Positions 28,592 through 36,119 of a stretch of 54,619 nucleotides of DNA are shown here, piece after piece. Numbering within the stretch: the stretch's first letter is position 1; each line of letters starts with the position of its first letter. The notes beneath the pieces were generated by a model. It saw nothing but the letters and a program-made list of their open reading frames with translations. It was not told the DNA's origin and did not search any database. The position numbers and the translations under genes were made by a program. The stretch is taken from positions 1-54,619 of the IMG/VR virus record IMGVR_UViG_3300031660_001429, one strand, 5' to 3'. Origin of the DNA: a virus. Its lineage: Duplodnaviria; Caudoviricetes.

Positions 28592-30864
28592 TGGGTGGCA
28601 GCAGCAAGAAGCAAACCGTTGGTTATCGCTACCGGATGGGTCTGCATCTGGCCCTGTGCCAAGGCCCGGTCGATGCCGTGCAGGAGATTCAGATGGGCGA
28701 CCGTACCGCGTGGGGTGATGCCGACCGTGCGCCGCTGTCCAGCGGGCATGGCCTGACCAGCCTCTCTATCAACAAGCCCACGCTGTTTGGCGGCGACGAG
28801 CGCGAAGGCGGCGTGGTCGGCACCATCGATGTGCTTTCTGGTCATGCCGGACAAGGACGTAACGACTATCTGATGAGCCGCCTCGGCAGTTCCATTCCGG
28901 CATTTCGGGGCGTGCTGTCCTTGGTGGCACGCAAGATCCTGTTCGCGGCCAACAACCCCTACATCAAGCCATGGGCGGTACGGGTGCGTCGCTTCACGGC
29001 GGGTTGGTTCGATGCGCCGTGGATGGAGTGGAATGCCGAAGTCCGCACCTGGGATGAGGACGAAGGCCAGGAAATCAGCATCGGCATGAACCCGGCGCAC
29101 ATCCTGGTGCAGTGCCTCACCGATCCGCACTGGGGCATGGGCTATCCGCAGAGCACCATCGGCTGGAGTTTCTGGAACGCGGCATGGGCTTTGTCGAGTG
29201 AGGGCTTCGGCCTCAATCTGATCTGGACACGGCAGCAGCCCATCGAGAGCTTCATCGGCCAGGTCATCGACCACATTGGCGGCATCCTCTACACCGATCC
29301 GGAGCAAGGCACGTTTGAGCTCAAGCTGCTGCGCGACGACTATTGGATCGACAGCCTGCCGCAGTTGGGGCCTGACGAAATTGTGCGGCTGGAACGCTTC
29401 GAACGCGCCCAGTGGGGCGAGCTGCCCAATGAACTGACCGTGGTCTACACCGACTGGCAGACCGGCGGTGATGCTGCCGTCACGGTTGAGAACCTGGCCG
29501 CCATCCAGTTGCAAGGCGGCGTGATCAATCAACGCCGCGACTACCCGGGCGTTAACTACGGACCACTGGCTGCGCGACTGGCCTTGCGTGACCTGCGCGC
29601 CTTGGGTTCGCCGCTGGCCCGGATGAGTCTGACGGTTGCACGCGACACGCTGGAGCGTGCGCCGCTGCCGGGTGATGTATTTCTGCTGAACTGGCCGCGC
29701 TTGGGTGTTGATCAGATGGTGGTGCGCGTCACCGGCATCGACACCGGCACCTTGGGCGCGGCCGAGTGGCGCATCGAAGCCATGGAAGATGTGTTCGGGA
29801 TGAGCAACACCGTGCTGTCGCCCCCGCCACCGCACGTCGAGGAGCCGCCCATCGAACCTTTGCCGCCCGCCGTGGTGCTGGCCGTCGAGGTGCCGTATTG
29901 GGAACTGGCCCGGCGCTTGTCGCGGGCCGATCTCGCGTTCCTGACCGACACAGACACCTATCTCGGCGCGCTGGCGGCCGCAGGCGGTACCGGGCAACTG
30001 AACTGGCAACTGGCCACCGGTGCTACGAGCGGCGATCTCGCTGCCGTCGTGGGTGAGGACTACGCGCCACTGCTCACGCTCAATGCCGTTTTGCCTGCGA
30101 GCGAGGTTGATGCCGTTGGTGTTCCGGTGACGGCCATCAGCCAGCCGGAGAGACTGGCCGTGGGCGACTACGCCTATCTGGTGGCGGCCAATGGGGCAAT
30201 TGCAGAGGCCGTTGCCGTCCTGGCCTTTGATGCTGCCAACGCGACCATCGATCTCGCACGCGGCGTGCTCGACACCACACCCCAAGCACATGCCCCGGGG
30301 ACTCGGTTGATCGGTGTCGGCGAATGGCTGGCATCCGAAGGCGCGGAGCGGGCCCCGGGCGAATCGGTGTTCGTGGGCGCGATCCCTCGCACTTCGACCG
30401 ATCAGGGCGATCCTGTGTTGGCTGCCAATGGGCAGCCGATGGTGCTGGCTGGTCGGCAGGCTTTGCCGTATCCACCCGGTCGTATCCGCCTCAATGGCCA
30501 GACCGAGCCTGTCGTAGTGGCCGGTGACCTCACCGTCGCGTGGGCCCATCGCGACCGCACACAGCAGACCGCCTATCTAGTGCAGCAAGACGAGGGCGAT
30601 ATCGGGCCAGAACTGGGCGTGACCTACACGGTGCACATCCGCAATCGCAACAACGTGCTGGTTCGTACTGAGACGGGGCTGCTCGGCACCGCCTACATCT
30701 GGACGGCAGCAGTGGCCGCGCTGGATGCCGGTGCGCTGGGCGACCGCATCACGGCGGAGATCAGTGCCGTGCGCGATGGTTTGAGTAGCTGGCAGCCGCA
30801 GGTGCGGATCATGGATCGCGCGGGCTACGGCCTGCGCTGGGGGCAGTATTGGGGAGGTGTGTGA
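28591..30864 (+). CDS. Tail tip / central tail fibre-like protein
   Basis: MGGSSKKQTVGYRY, NNPYIKPW, MNPAHI, RGVLDTTP, W.HRDR. Confidence 0.88.
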   Translation: MGGSSKKQTVGYRYRMGLHLALCQGPVDAVQEIQMGDRTAWGDADRAPLSSGHGLTSLSINKPTLFGGDEREGGVVGTIDVLSGHAGQGRNDYLMSRLGSSIPAFRGVLSLVARKILFAANNPYIKPWAVRVRRFTAGWFDAPWMEWNAEVRTWDEDEGQEISIGMNPAHILVQCLTDPHWGMGYPQSTIGWSFWNAAWALSSEGFGLNLIWTRQQPIESFIGQVIDHIGGILYTDPEQGTFELKLLRDDYWIDSLPQLGPDEIVRLERFERAQWGELPNELTVVYTDWQTGGDAAVTVENLAAIQLQGGVINQRRDYPGVNYGPLAARLALRDLRALGSPLARMSLTVARDTLERAPLPGDVFLLNWPRLGVDQMVVRVTGIDTGTLGAAEWRIEAMEDVFGMSNTVLSPPPPHVEEPPIEPLPPAVVLAVEVPYWELARRLSRADLAFLTDTDTYLGALAAAGGTGQLNWQLATGATSGDLAAVVGEDYAPLLTLNAVLPASEVDAVGVPVTAISQPERLAVGDYAYLVAANGAIAEAVAVLAFDAANATIDLARGVLDTTPQAHAPGTRLIGVGEWLASEGAERAPGESVFVGAIPRTSTDQGDPVLAANGQPMVLAGRQALPYPPGRIRLNGQTEPVVVAGDLTVAWAHRDRTQQTAYLVQQDEGDIGPELGVTYTVHIRNRNNVLVRTETGLLGTAYIWTAAVAALDAGALGDRITAEISAVRDGLSSWQPQVRIMDRAGYGLRWGQYWGGV

Positions 30865-31460
30865 TGGAAGCACGCATTGATGTTCATCTGCTCACCCTGA
30901 ACGAGCCTGCCGAATGGCGGGAGACCTGCATCGCCAGCCTCGAGGACGCACCGATCCAGTTGCACGTTTTGTCCGGCATTCCGGGCCGTATTGGTGAGGC
31001 ACGCGCGGCAGGCTACGCACAAGGCACGCTGCCGCTGGTGTCCTTTGTCGATCCCGACGATTTGTACGAAGCCAGTGCCTTCACACAACTGGCCGATGCG
31101 CTGGATGCCTGCCCGCAGGCCGTGATGGCCTACACCGACGAAGCACTGACCGACGAAAACGGCCGGGACATCGCCGTACGGCGTCTGGCCTACAGCCGTT
31201 GGCAACACGCCAACAGCGCCAGCCACGTGCACGGCCTGATCGTGATGCGTCGATCCGTCGTCGAAGCCGTGCTCAAGGAAACTACCGACCTCAACAACTT
31301 CGCCGACTGGCTGTTGACCCTGCTCATAGCCAAGCGCGGCGGCGTGCTGTACCTGCCCATCGTCGGGCGGCATTGGCGACAACACCCGCAGCAAAGCCAC
31401 CGAACCGGCGATCCGGAAGCAGTCCGGCGCATTCGCCAAGCATCGAACCTCTGGAGATAA
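30864..31460 (+). CDS. GT-A fold glycosyltransferase-like protein
   Basis: ARAAGY..GT...VSFVDPDD (DxD), AYTDE, DW..L, WRQHP.Q typical of GT2 enzymes. Confidence 0.7.
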   Translation: MEARIDVHLLTLNEPAEWRETCIASLEDAPIQLHVLSGIPGRIGEARAAGYAQGTLPLVSFVDPDDLYEASAFTQLADALDACPQAVMAYTDEALTDENGRDIAVRRLAYSRWQHANSASHVHGLIVMRRSVVEAVLKETTDLNNFADWLLTLLIAKRGGVLYLPIVGRHWRQHPQQSHRTGDPEAVRRIRQASNLWR

Positions 31461-31463
31461 GCC

Positions 31464-31814
31464 ATGTCATCAACCGATCCGAACCTTGGACTCAACTACG
31501 GCTGGACGCTCGGCGAGAGCGGCTGGGACACCGGCATGGACGCCAACCTGAAGCGCCTCGGCGCGGTAGTCGGCCTGTCCGTGAAAGACCGCGACCTGAC
31601 CACGCCACCGGCCAGCCCCACCAACGGCGACCGCTACCTCATTCCTGCCGCCGCCACCGGCGTGTGGGCAGGCAAGACCAACCAGATCGCCGTGCGCATC
31701 GCCGATGCCTGGGAGTACCACACGCCCAAGATCGGCTGGCTTTGCTACATCGAGGACGAGGCCAAGCTCTCGGCCTTCAAATCCACCGGCTGGAGCGCAG
31801 GCCTCGCCATCTGA
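31464..31814 (+). CDS. DUF2793 family protein
   Basis: TPPASP..GDRYLI...ATG.WAG....IA......W....PK.GW. Confidence 0.85.
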   Translation: MSSTDPNLGLNYGWTLGESGWDTGMDANLKRLGAVVGLSVKDRDLTTPPASPTNGDRYLIPAAATGVWAGKTNQIAVRIADAWEYHTPKIGWLCYIEDEAKLSAFKSTGWSAGLAI

Positions 31815-31839
31815 GTTTCCATCCCTTCGCAACCACCTG

Positions 31840-31862
31840 AACCCGCCCACGAGGCGGGTTTT
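31840..31862 (+). terminator. Terminator-like hairpin AACCCGCC-CACGA-GGCGGGTTTT
   Basis: 8-bp stem plus T run, followed by ATTTCTGGAGA RBS. Confidence 0.6.
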
Positions 31863-31881
31863 GCATTTCTGGAGAACGCCA

Positions 31882-32187
31882 ATGACCGAACCCGAACAAC
31901 AACAGCCTGGGCACGTAGAGAACATGCTGCTTCTGCGCCGCGAGGACTTCGACGAGCTGCTGGCCCATGCCGCCGAGCGCGGTGCCGAGCGTGTGCTCGC
32001 CCATCTCGGATTAGAAAACGGCCACGCCGCACGCGACATCCGCGAACTGCGTGACCTGCTGGAAGCCTGGCGTGATGCCCGGCGTACCGCGTGGCAAACC
32101 ACCGTGAAGGTCATCACCACCGGCATCCTGGCCGCGCTGCTGGTCGGTGCCGCCATCAAGTTGAAGCTGATGGGAGGCGTGCAATGA
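31882..32187 (+). CDS. DUF6127-like membrane protein (holin/antiholin candidate)
   Basis: AAERGA..L..LGL....AARDIRELRDLL; C-terminal TM segment. Confidence 0.75.
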   Translation: MTEPEQQQPGHVENMLLLRREDFDELLAHAAERGAERVLAHLGLENGHAARDIRELRDLLEAWRDARRTAWQTTVKVITTGILAALLVGAAIKLKLMGGVQ

Positions 32188-32411
32188 CTGCCAAGCCGAA
32201 GATCTGCCTGCTAGACGACTGGCGGCGCGTGTTGCGACGTGCCTGGAGCATCCGCTTCTCGCTGCTGGCCGCTGCTTTCACGGCAGCGGAAGTGGTGGTG
32301 CCGCTGTTCGGGGACGTGCTGCCTCGCGGCACCTTCGTGCTGCTGGCCTTTGCCGCCAGCATCGGCGCGACCGTTGCGCGCATCGTGGCGCAGCCGGAGA
32401 TGCACCGATGA
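32184..32411 (+). CDS. Putative holin
   Basis: Two hydrophobic segments; WRR.L.RAWS; directly before lysozyme. Confidence 0.7.
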   Translation: MTAKPKICLLDDWRRVLRRAWSIRFSLLAAAFTAAEVVVPLFGDVLPRGTFVLLAFAASIGATVARIVAQPEMHR

Positions 32412-32908
32412 TCCGGCCACCGCAAAGACGCACCGTGGCCGCGCTGACGCTGTCCGCCGCCGCCCTGGTCGGCATCGTGCTGCACGAGGGCTACACCGAC
32501 CGCGCGGTGATTCCGGTCAAGGGCGATGTGCCGACCATCGGCTTCGGTACCACGACCGACGTGAAGCTGGGCGACACCACCACGCCGCCGAAGGCGCTGG
32601 CCCGCGCGCTCACGGATGTGCAGCAGTTCGAGGGCGCATTGAAAACGTGCGTGACCGTGCCGCTGGCCCAGCACGAGTACGACGCGCTGGTGAGCTTCTC
32701 CTACAACGTCGGCAGCCGTGCCTTCTGCCAGTCCACGCTGGTGAGAAAACTCAACGCCGAGGACTACGCGGGAGCCTGCGCCGAGCTGCTGCGCTGGCGC
32801 TTCTTCCAGGGCAAGGACTGCGCGCTGCCTGCCAACGCGCGCCTGTGCGGCGGGCTGGCCACACGGCGCGAGGCCGAGTACCGCCAGTGCGTCGGAGAAG
32901 CCCCATGA
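32408..32908 (+). CDS. Lysozyme (GH24), SAR-type endolysin
   Basis: Hydrophobic N-terminus, HEG...D.PTIGFG.T, ALVSFSYNVG, GL..RR..E. Confidence 0.92.
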   Translation: MIRPPQRRTVAALTLSAAALVGIVLHEGYTDRAVIPVKGDVPTIGFGTTTDVKLGDTTTPPKALARALTDVQQFEGALKTCVTVPLAQHEYDALVSFSYNVGSRAFCQSTLVRKLNAEDYAGACAELLRWRFFQGKDCALPANARLCGGLATRREAEYRQCVGEAP

Positions 32909-33402
32909 ACTTGATTCCGTGGCCGTACCGGCTGCTGGCTCTCACGGCGCTCGGCGTCGCCCTTTTCGGGTTTGGCTGGATCAAGGGGGCGAGCCACGTT
33001 CAAGCGCAATGGGATGCCGCCATCCAGCAACAAACCCTTCAAGCCGCAGCTGCCCGCGAGCGGCAGGCACAAGCCACCGTCAAGGTCGTCGCCCAGTATG
33101 TCGACCGCGTCCGCGTCGTCCGCGAGAAGGGCGACACGATCATCAAGGAGGTTCCCGTCTATGTGCCCGTTCAAGCCGATGCTGCTTGCACTATCAACCG
33201 TGGCTTTGTGCGCCTGCACGACGCTGCCGCCACCGGTGAACTGCCCGAGCCCGCCCGAGATGCTGATGCGGCCCCCGCAGGCATTGCGCTCACTGCCGCC
33301 GCCGGAACACTTGCCGCCAACTACCAGACCTGCCACGAAAATGCCGAGCAACTGAGGGCGTTGCAGGCGTGGGTCAGGGAAATGGAGTCTGCCACCAAGT
33401 AA
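32905..33402 (+). CDS. Rz-like inner membrane spanin
   Basis: N-terminal TM, coiled coil, IIKEVPVYV...C; follows endolysin. Confidence 0.8.
   Translation: MNLIPWPYRLLALTALGVALFGFGWIKGASHVQAQWDAAIQQQTLQAAAARERQAQATVKVVAQYVDRVRVVREKGDTIIKEVPVYVPVQADAACTINRGFVRLHDAAATGELPEPARDADAAPAGIALTAAAGTLAANYQTCHENAEQLRALQAWVREMESATK
33161..33355 (+). CDS. Rz1-like outer membrane lipoprotein spanin, embedded in Rz in the +1 frame
   Basis: AAGGAGG RBS at 33145; signal peptide MCPFKPMLLALSTVALCAC with lipobox; Pro-rich mature part. Confidence 0.75.
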   Translation: MCPFKPMLLALSTVALCACTTLPPPVNCPSPPEMLMRPPQALRSLPPPEHLPPTTRPATKMPSN

Positions 33403-33449
33403 TCAGCGCTTGGCGACTTCGCAACACCTGATCGTTACATCCCGAATGC

Positions 33450-33477
33450 GCTTGGCTTTCCAGCCGAACAGCGCGTT
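33450..33477 (+). promoter_or_regulatory. 28-bp motif copy 5 (opposite orientation to copies 1-4)
   Basis: gcttggctttccagccgaacagcgcgtt, followed by CAT. Confidence 0.8.
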
Positions 33478-33510
33478 CATGTCATCCACGCCAACTAAGG
33501 AGTGATCATC

Positions 33511-33801
33511 ATGAGTAACCGATTCAAGCGCGCCGTCATTGACGACGTGACCTCGCGCAACATCGATGCCAGCCAGCAGGACTACCTTCTTGATCTATTC
33601 GAGTCGGCCATGAAGTCGGTAGCCACGACGCTGGTGCGCGAGGCCAAGCTCGACACGTCAGATTTTGCTACGGCAAAAACACGGGGCTGCGAAGGCTTTG
33701 CGCTAGTCTTGAGCCGGGTTCGTACCGACTCACGCACCGAGTGGCTTGGCACGTTTCAGCGTGGCGAACAGCACCTCGATGTCATTGGTCATCTTGAGTA
33801 A
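33511..33801 (+). CDS. Small hypothetical protein
   Basis: TAAGGAG RBS; preceded by motif copy 5. Confidence 0.75.
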   Translation: MSNRFKRAVIDDVTSRNIDASQQDYLLDLFESAMKSVATTLVREAKLDTSDFATAKTRGCEGFALVLSRVRTDSRTEWLGTFQRGEQHLDVIGHLE

Positions 33802-33807
33802 AAACCA

Positions 33808-34755
33808 TCAATCTGTGGTTTCTGGCACATCCCAATCAGCCAGACGAGCTTCTCCAGTTTGGTAGAACTGCTTCACCAACTTTACGTACTCCAGAAAATC
33901 CCTGTTCTCCGTGGCCAGTCGATTGGCCATATCCCAATCGATCTCGTCTCTTTCACGGGCTGGAATCAAGACCTGGCTTTCTGCCGGATTGTCGGCATCC
34001 AGTTTGATCAAACCGATGCCATGTGCCGCAAACAACATGCGCAGTTCTTTGAGCGTGTCCTGCCCCTCGATCTCCGCCGCGACCAAATAGCCGAAGTTCG
34101 CCCACGACGAGTTCGAGACGGCCTGGAAAAAGCATTCGCGCACGTTCGACCGGTTGATCAGCAACTTGGCCTCGAATGACCACAGCTTTGTTCGCTTGTC
34201 TGAATACTGGTTCACGCAGTCCCGCACCTCCTGGTGCCAATCCGCGCCCAAATCCTCCATCCCGACCACGTCCGGGTATAGCCAGCGATTGCCGTTCGGT
34301 CCTCGCTTGTTCGATGAGCGCTTCTCGTCAATGCGCTTTGAGTAAACGCCGAATTCTTCCCACAGATACAGCGAAAGTAGTGGGTACAGCGCGTGCTCTC
34401 CATGCCACTTTCCACTTGTGTCTGCCGCTGGCGTGGCAACCACACTCTCGACCGCAGCCACTTCAGCGACATCGGACATTGTCGAGTAGTAATACTTGCG
34501 TGGCCGCCCCTCGGTTGTCTTTAGCTCCTGGTTACGTTTCTGCAAGCGAGGTCGCTGAGAACTGATCTCAGCAACCAGTTGTTGAACCAAGTCGGCATCG
34601 GTCTTGATGTAATCGCCCCGGCTATTGGATCGTTTCTCTTGGCATTCGGCAGGATATGTCTCAAAAATCCACTCGGCGATCTGTCGAGCGGAGAACTTCT
34701 GTTCTGGATGCGTGGCCAGGTAGTCCACAACCACTTTGCCGAGGTTAAGTGCCAT
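33808..34755 (-). CDS. COG2958/HrgA-like protein (N-terminal HTH + PD-(D/E)XK fold)
   Basis: EH.LYP.L, WLYPDVVG, WSFEAK, FFQAVSNSSWANFGYLV. Confidence 0.8.
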   Translation of the reverse strand: MALNLGKVVVDYLATHPEQKFSARQIAEWIFETYPAECQEKRSNSRGDYIKTDADLVQQLVAEISSQRPRLQKRNQELKTTEGRPRKYYYSTMSDVAEVAAVESVVATPAADTSGKWHGEHALYPLLSLYLWEEFGVYSKRIDEKRSSNKRGPNGNRWLYPDVVGMEDLGADWHQEVRDCVNQYSDKRTKLWSFEAKLLINRSNVRECFFQAVSNSSWANFGYLVAAEIEGQDTLKELRMLFAAHGIGLIKLDADNPAESQVLIPARERDEIDWDMANRLATENRDFLEYVKLVKQFYQTGEARLADWDVPETTD

Positions 34756-34781
34756 CTATGTTTCCCCAATCTTCTTTGGTC

Positions 34782-36119
34782 TCAAGCCGGAACAGCGTTC
34801 AAGTTGTCAGCCCGGGCTTTGTTTGAATTGTCCTGAACGAATGTGACGTCGAATGCTGGCGAAGCTGGCAGCATGAGTTGGCGCTTCGTGAGGCAAAACG
34901 GCAGCACCCAAAGCCGCATCCCATTCGCCTTCGGGAATTCGAAGACAGGCAGCGGTTCTGCAAAGGCGTCTGTCTTGGGATAGATCAATACGATGTCTCC
35001 GTTGCCGTCCAGGTAGTGATGACCATAGGCGTACAGCTGATAGAAATCTGCCTGGCTGAGTTGGTATTTCTCTCGCCCGTTCTTTTTCGCTGAATCCAGC
35101 AGCTTCCACTTCGTGTCCAATACCAAGCGTGTGGTTTGCTTCTGCTTGACCAATAAGTCGGGCTTCAAGCGAAACCATCGCTGAGCGTCGTGCGCAACGA
35201 GGTGCTGACTGCTTGCCTGTGCCTTCAAGACGAAGTCATCGCGTAGCTGCCTCGCCAAGTGCTTCTCGACATACGCCTCAAACACGGCCTCCATCGGAAA
35301 CAGCAGAGAAGGGGCGTGATGCTTTCCCATACCAGAGATGGGGCTGAGACCCTGCAGTATCAGCTTCGCCCAGTCTAGTGCCGACTCGTAGTAGCCCATG
35401 CCTCGATCCAGCCTGATCCGCTGAATGTCCTGGGCGACATCAACTGACAGTGGAACATCCGCGAAGACGAAACCGAGTTCGCGTGCGACTCGCTGGCTCT
35501 CCTGTGACCGGCAAAGGGTCTGCACATGGCGAAGCGCCGTGTGAATCAGTCTGTTCTCTGCGCGGTCCTGCGAAAACTCGTCATGCTCGGTGAAGAACCG
35601 ATCTCGCCTGACCAGATTCTGAGAGATCTGTCGTGCCACCAACAACCGGCCACGAAGTGCAAAGAGGTTGTCCTGTCGCGCGACATAGTCACTGCGCAGT
35701 CCATGCTTGACCAGAAAGCCGACGGCCATCAGGAACTGCTGGATGAACACCTCCAGGAGTGGCATGCGTTCCGCGATCAAGTCCGCGTTGGCTGTTTTGA
35801 TGTGTCGAAACCCAGCCAGGCACTTCAACATCTCGATCAGGAGCGCACGCGCCTGCTCAGGCGAAGTATCCCTTCCGGTCTTTGGCAGTACCTCGATCTG
35901 AAATCCGCAAGGGGCGCGAATAACGCCAACATAGCTGGTGACCTGTATGGCTCGCTGGCCGTTCAGTTGGGTCGGCTTGAGCCAGCCAGGGGCATCTTCA
36001 TCACTTCTAAGGGACTGCGTGTCCAGCCATGCGAAGACACGCTTGGGCACAGCAAGCCCGGCCGCTCCGGCCTTTGCTTCGACGACCTTGTCGAACTCAA
36101 AGATCGTCAGGTAATTCAT
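34782..36119 (-). CDS. mcrC: McrC family nuclease subunit
   Basis: IEVLPK, LLFPMEAVFEAYV, KPDL, LDTKWK, ADFYQLYAY. Confidence 0.9.
   Translation of the reverse strand: MNYLTIFEFDKVVEAKAGAAGLAVPKRVFAWLDTQSLRSDEDAPGWLKPTQLNGQRAIQVTSYVGVIRAPCGFQIEVLPKTGRDTSPEQARALLIEMLKCLAGFRHIKTANADLIAERMPLLEVFIQQFLMAVGFLVKHGLRSDYVARQDNLFALRGRLLVARQISQNLVRRDRFFTEHDEFSQDRAENRLIHTALRHVQTLCRSQESQRVARELGFVFADVPLSVDVAQDIQRIRLDRGMGYYESALDWAKLILQGLSPISGMGKHHAPSLLFPMEAVFEAYVEKHLARQLRDDFVLKAQASSQHLVAHDAQRWFRLKPDLLVKQKQTTRLVLDTKWKLLDSAKKNGREKYQLSQADFYQLYAYGHHYLDGNGDIVLIYPKTDAFAEPLPVFEFPKANGMRLWVLPFCLTKRQLMLPASPAFDVTFVQDNSNKARADNLNAVPA

Larger units (their letters stand above)
1..33801 (+). mobile_element. Prophage (lambda-like head, siphovirus-type tail); left part outside window; probably extends through cargo to about 54.1 kb
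   Basis: Contiguous, mostly translationally coupled replication, packaging, head, tail and lysis genes with no obvious frameshifts. Confidence 0.95.

Noticed and set aside
28552-30549. 665-aa antisense ORF and similar long shadow ORFs (6218-7765, 7651-8760, 12569-13624, 44247-45398)
   Set aside because: They mirror well-supported genes on the opposite strand, as expected in GC-rich DNA, and show no recognisable motifs
24710-31814. Diversity-generating retroelement or invertible tail-fibre switch
   Set aside because: No reverse transcriptase, invertase or template/variable repeat pair seen
32239-32904. 387-aa ORF extending Rz upstream
   Set aside because: Overlaps holin and lysozyme in another frame; the Rz start at 32905 has an RBS and ATGA coupling
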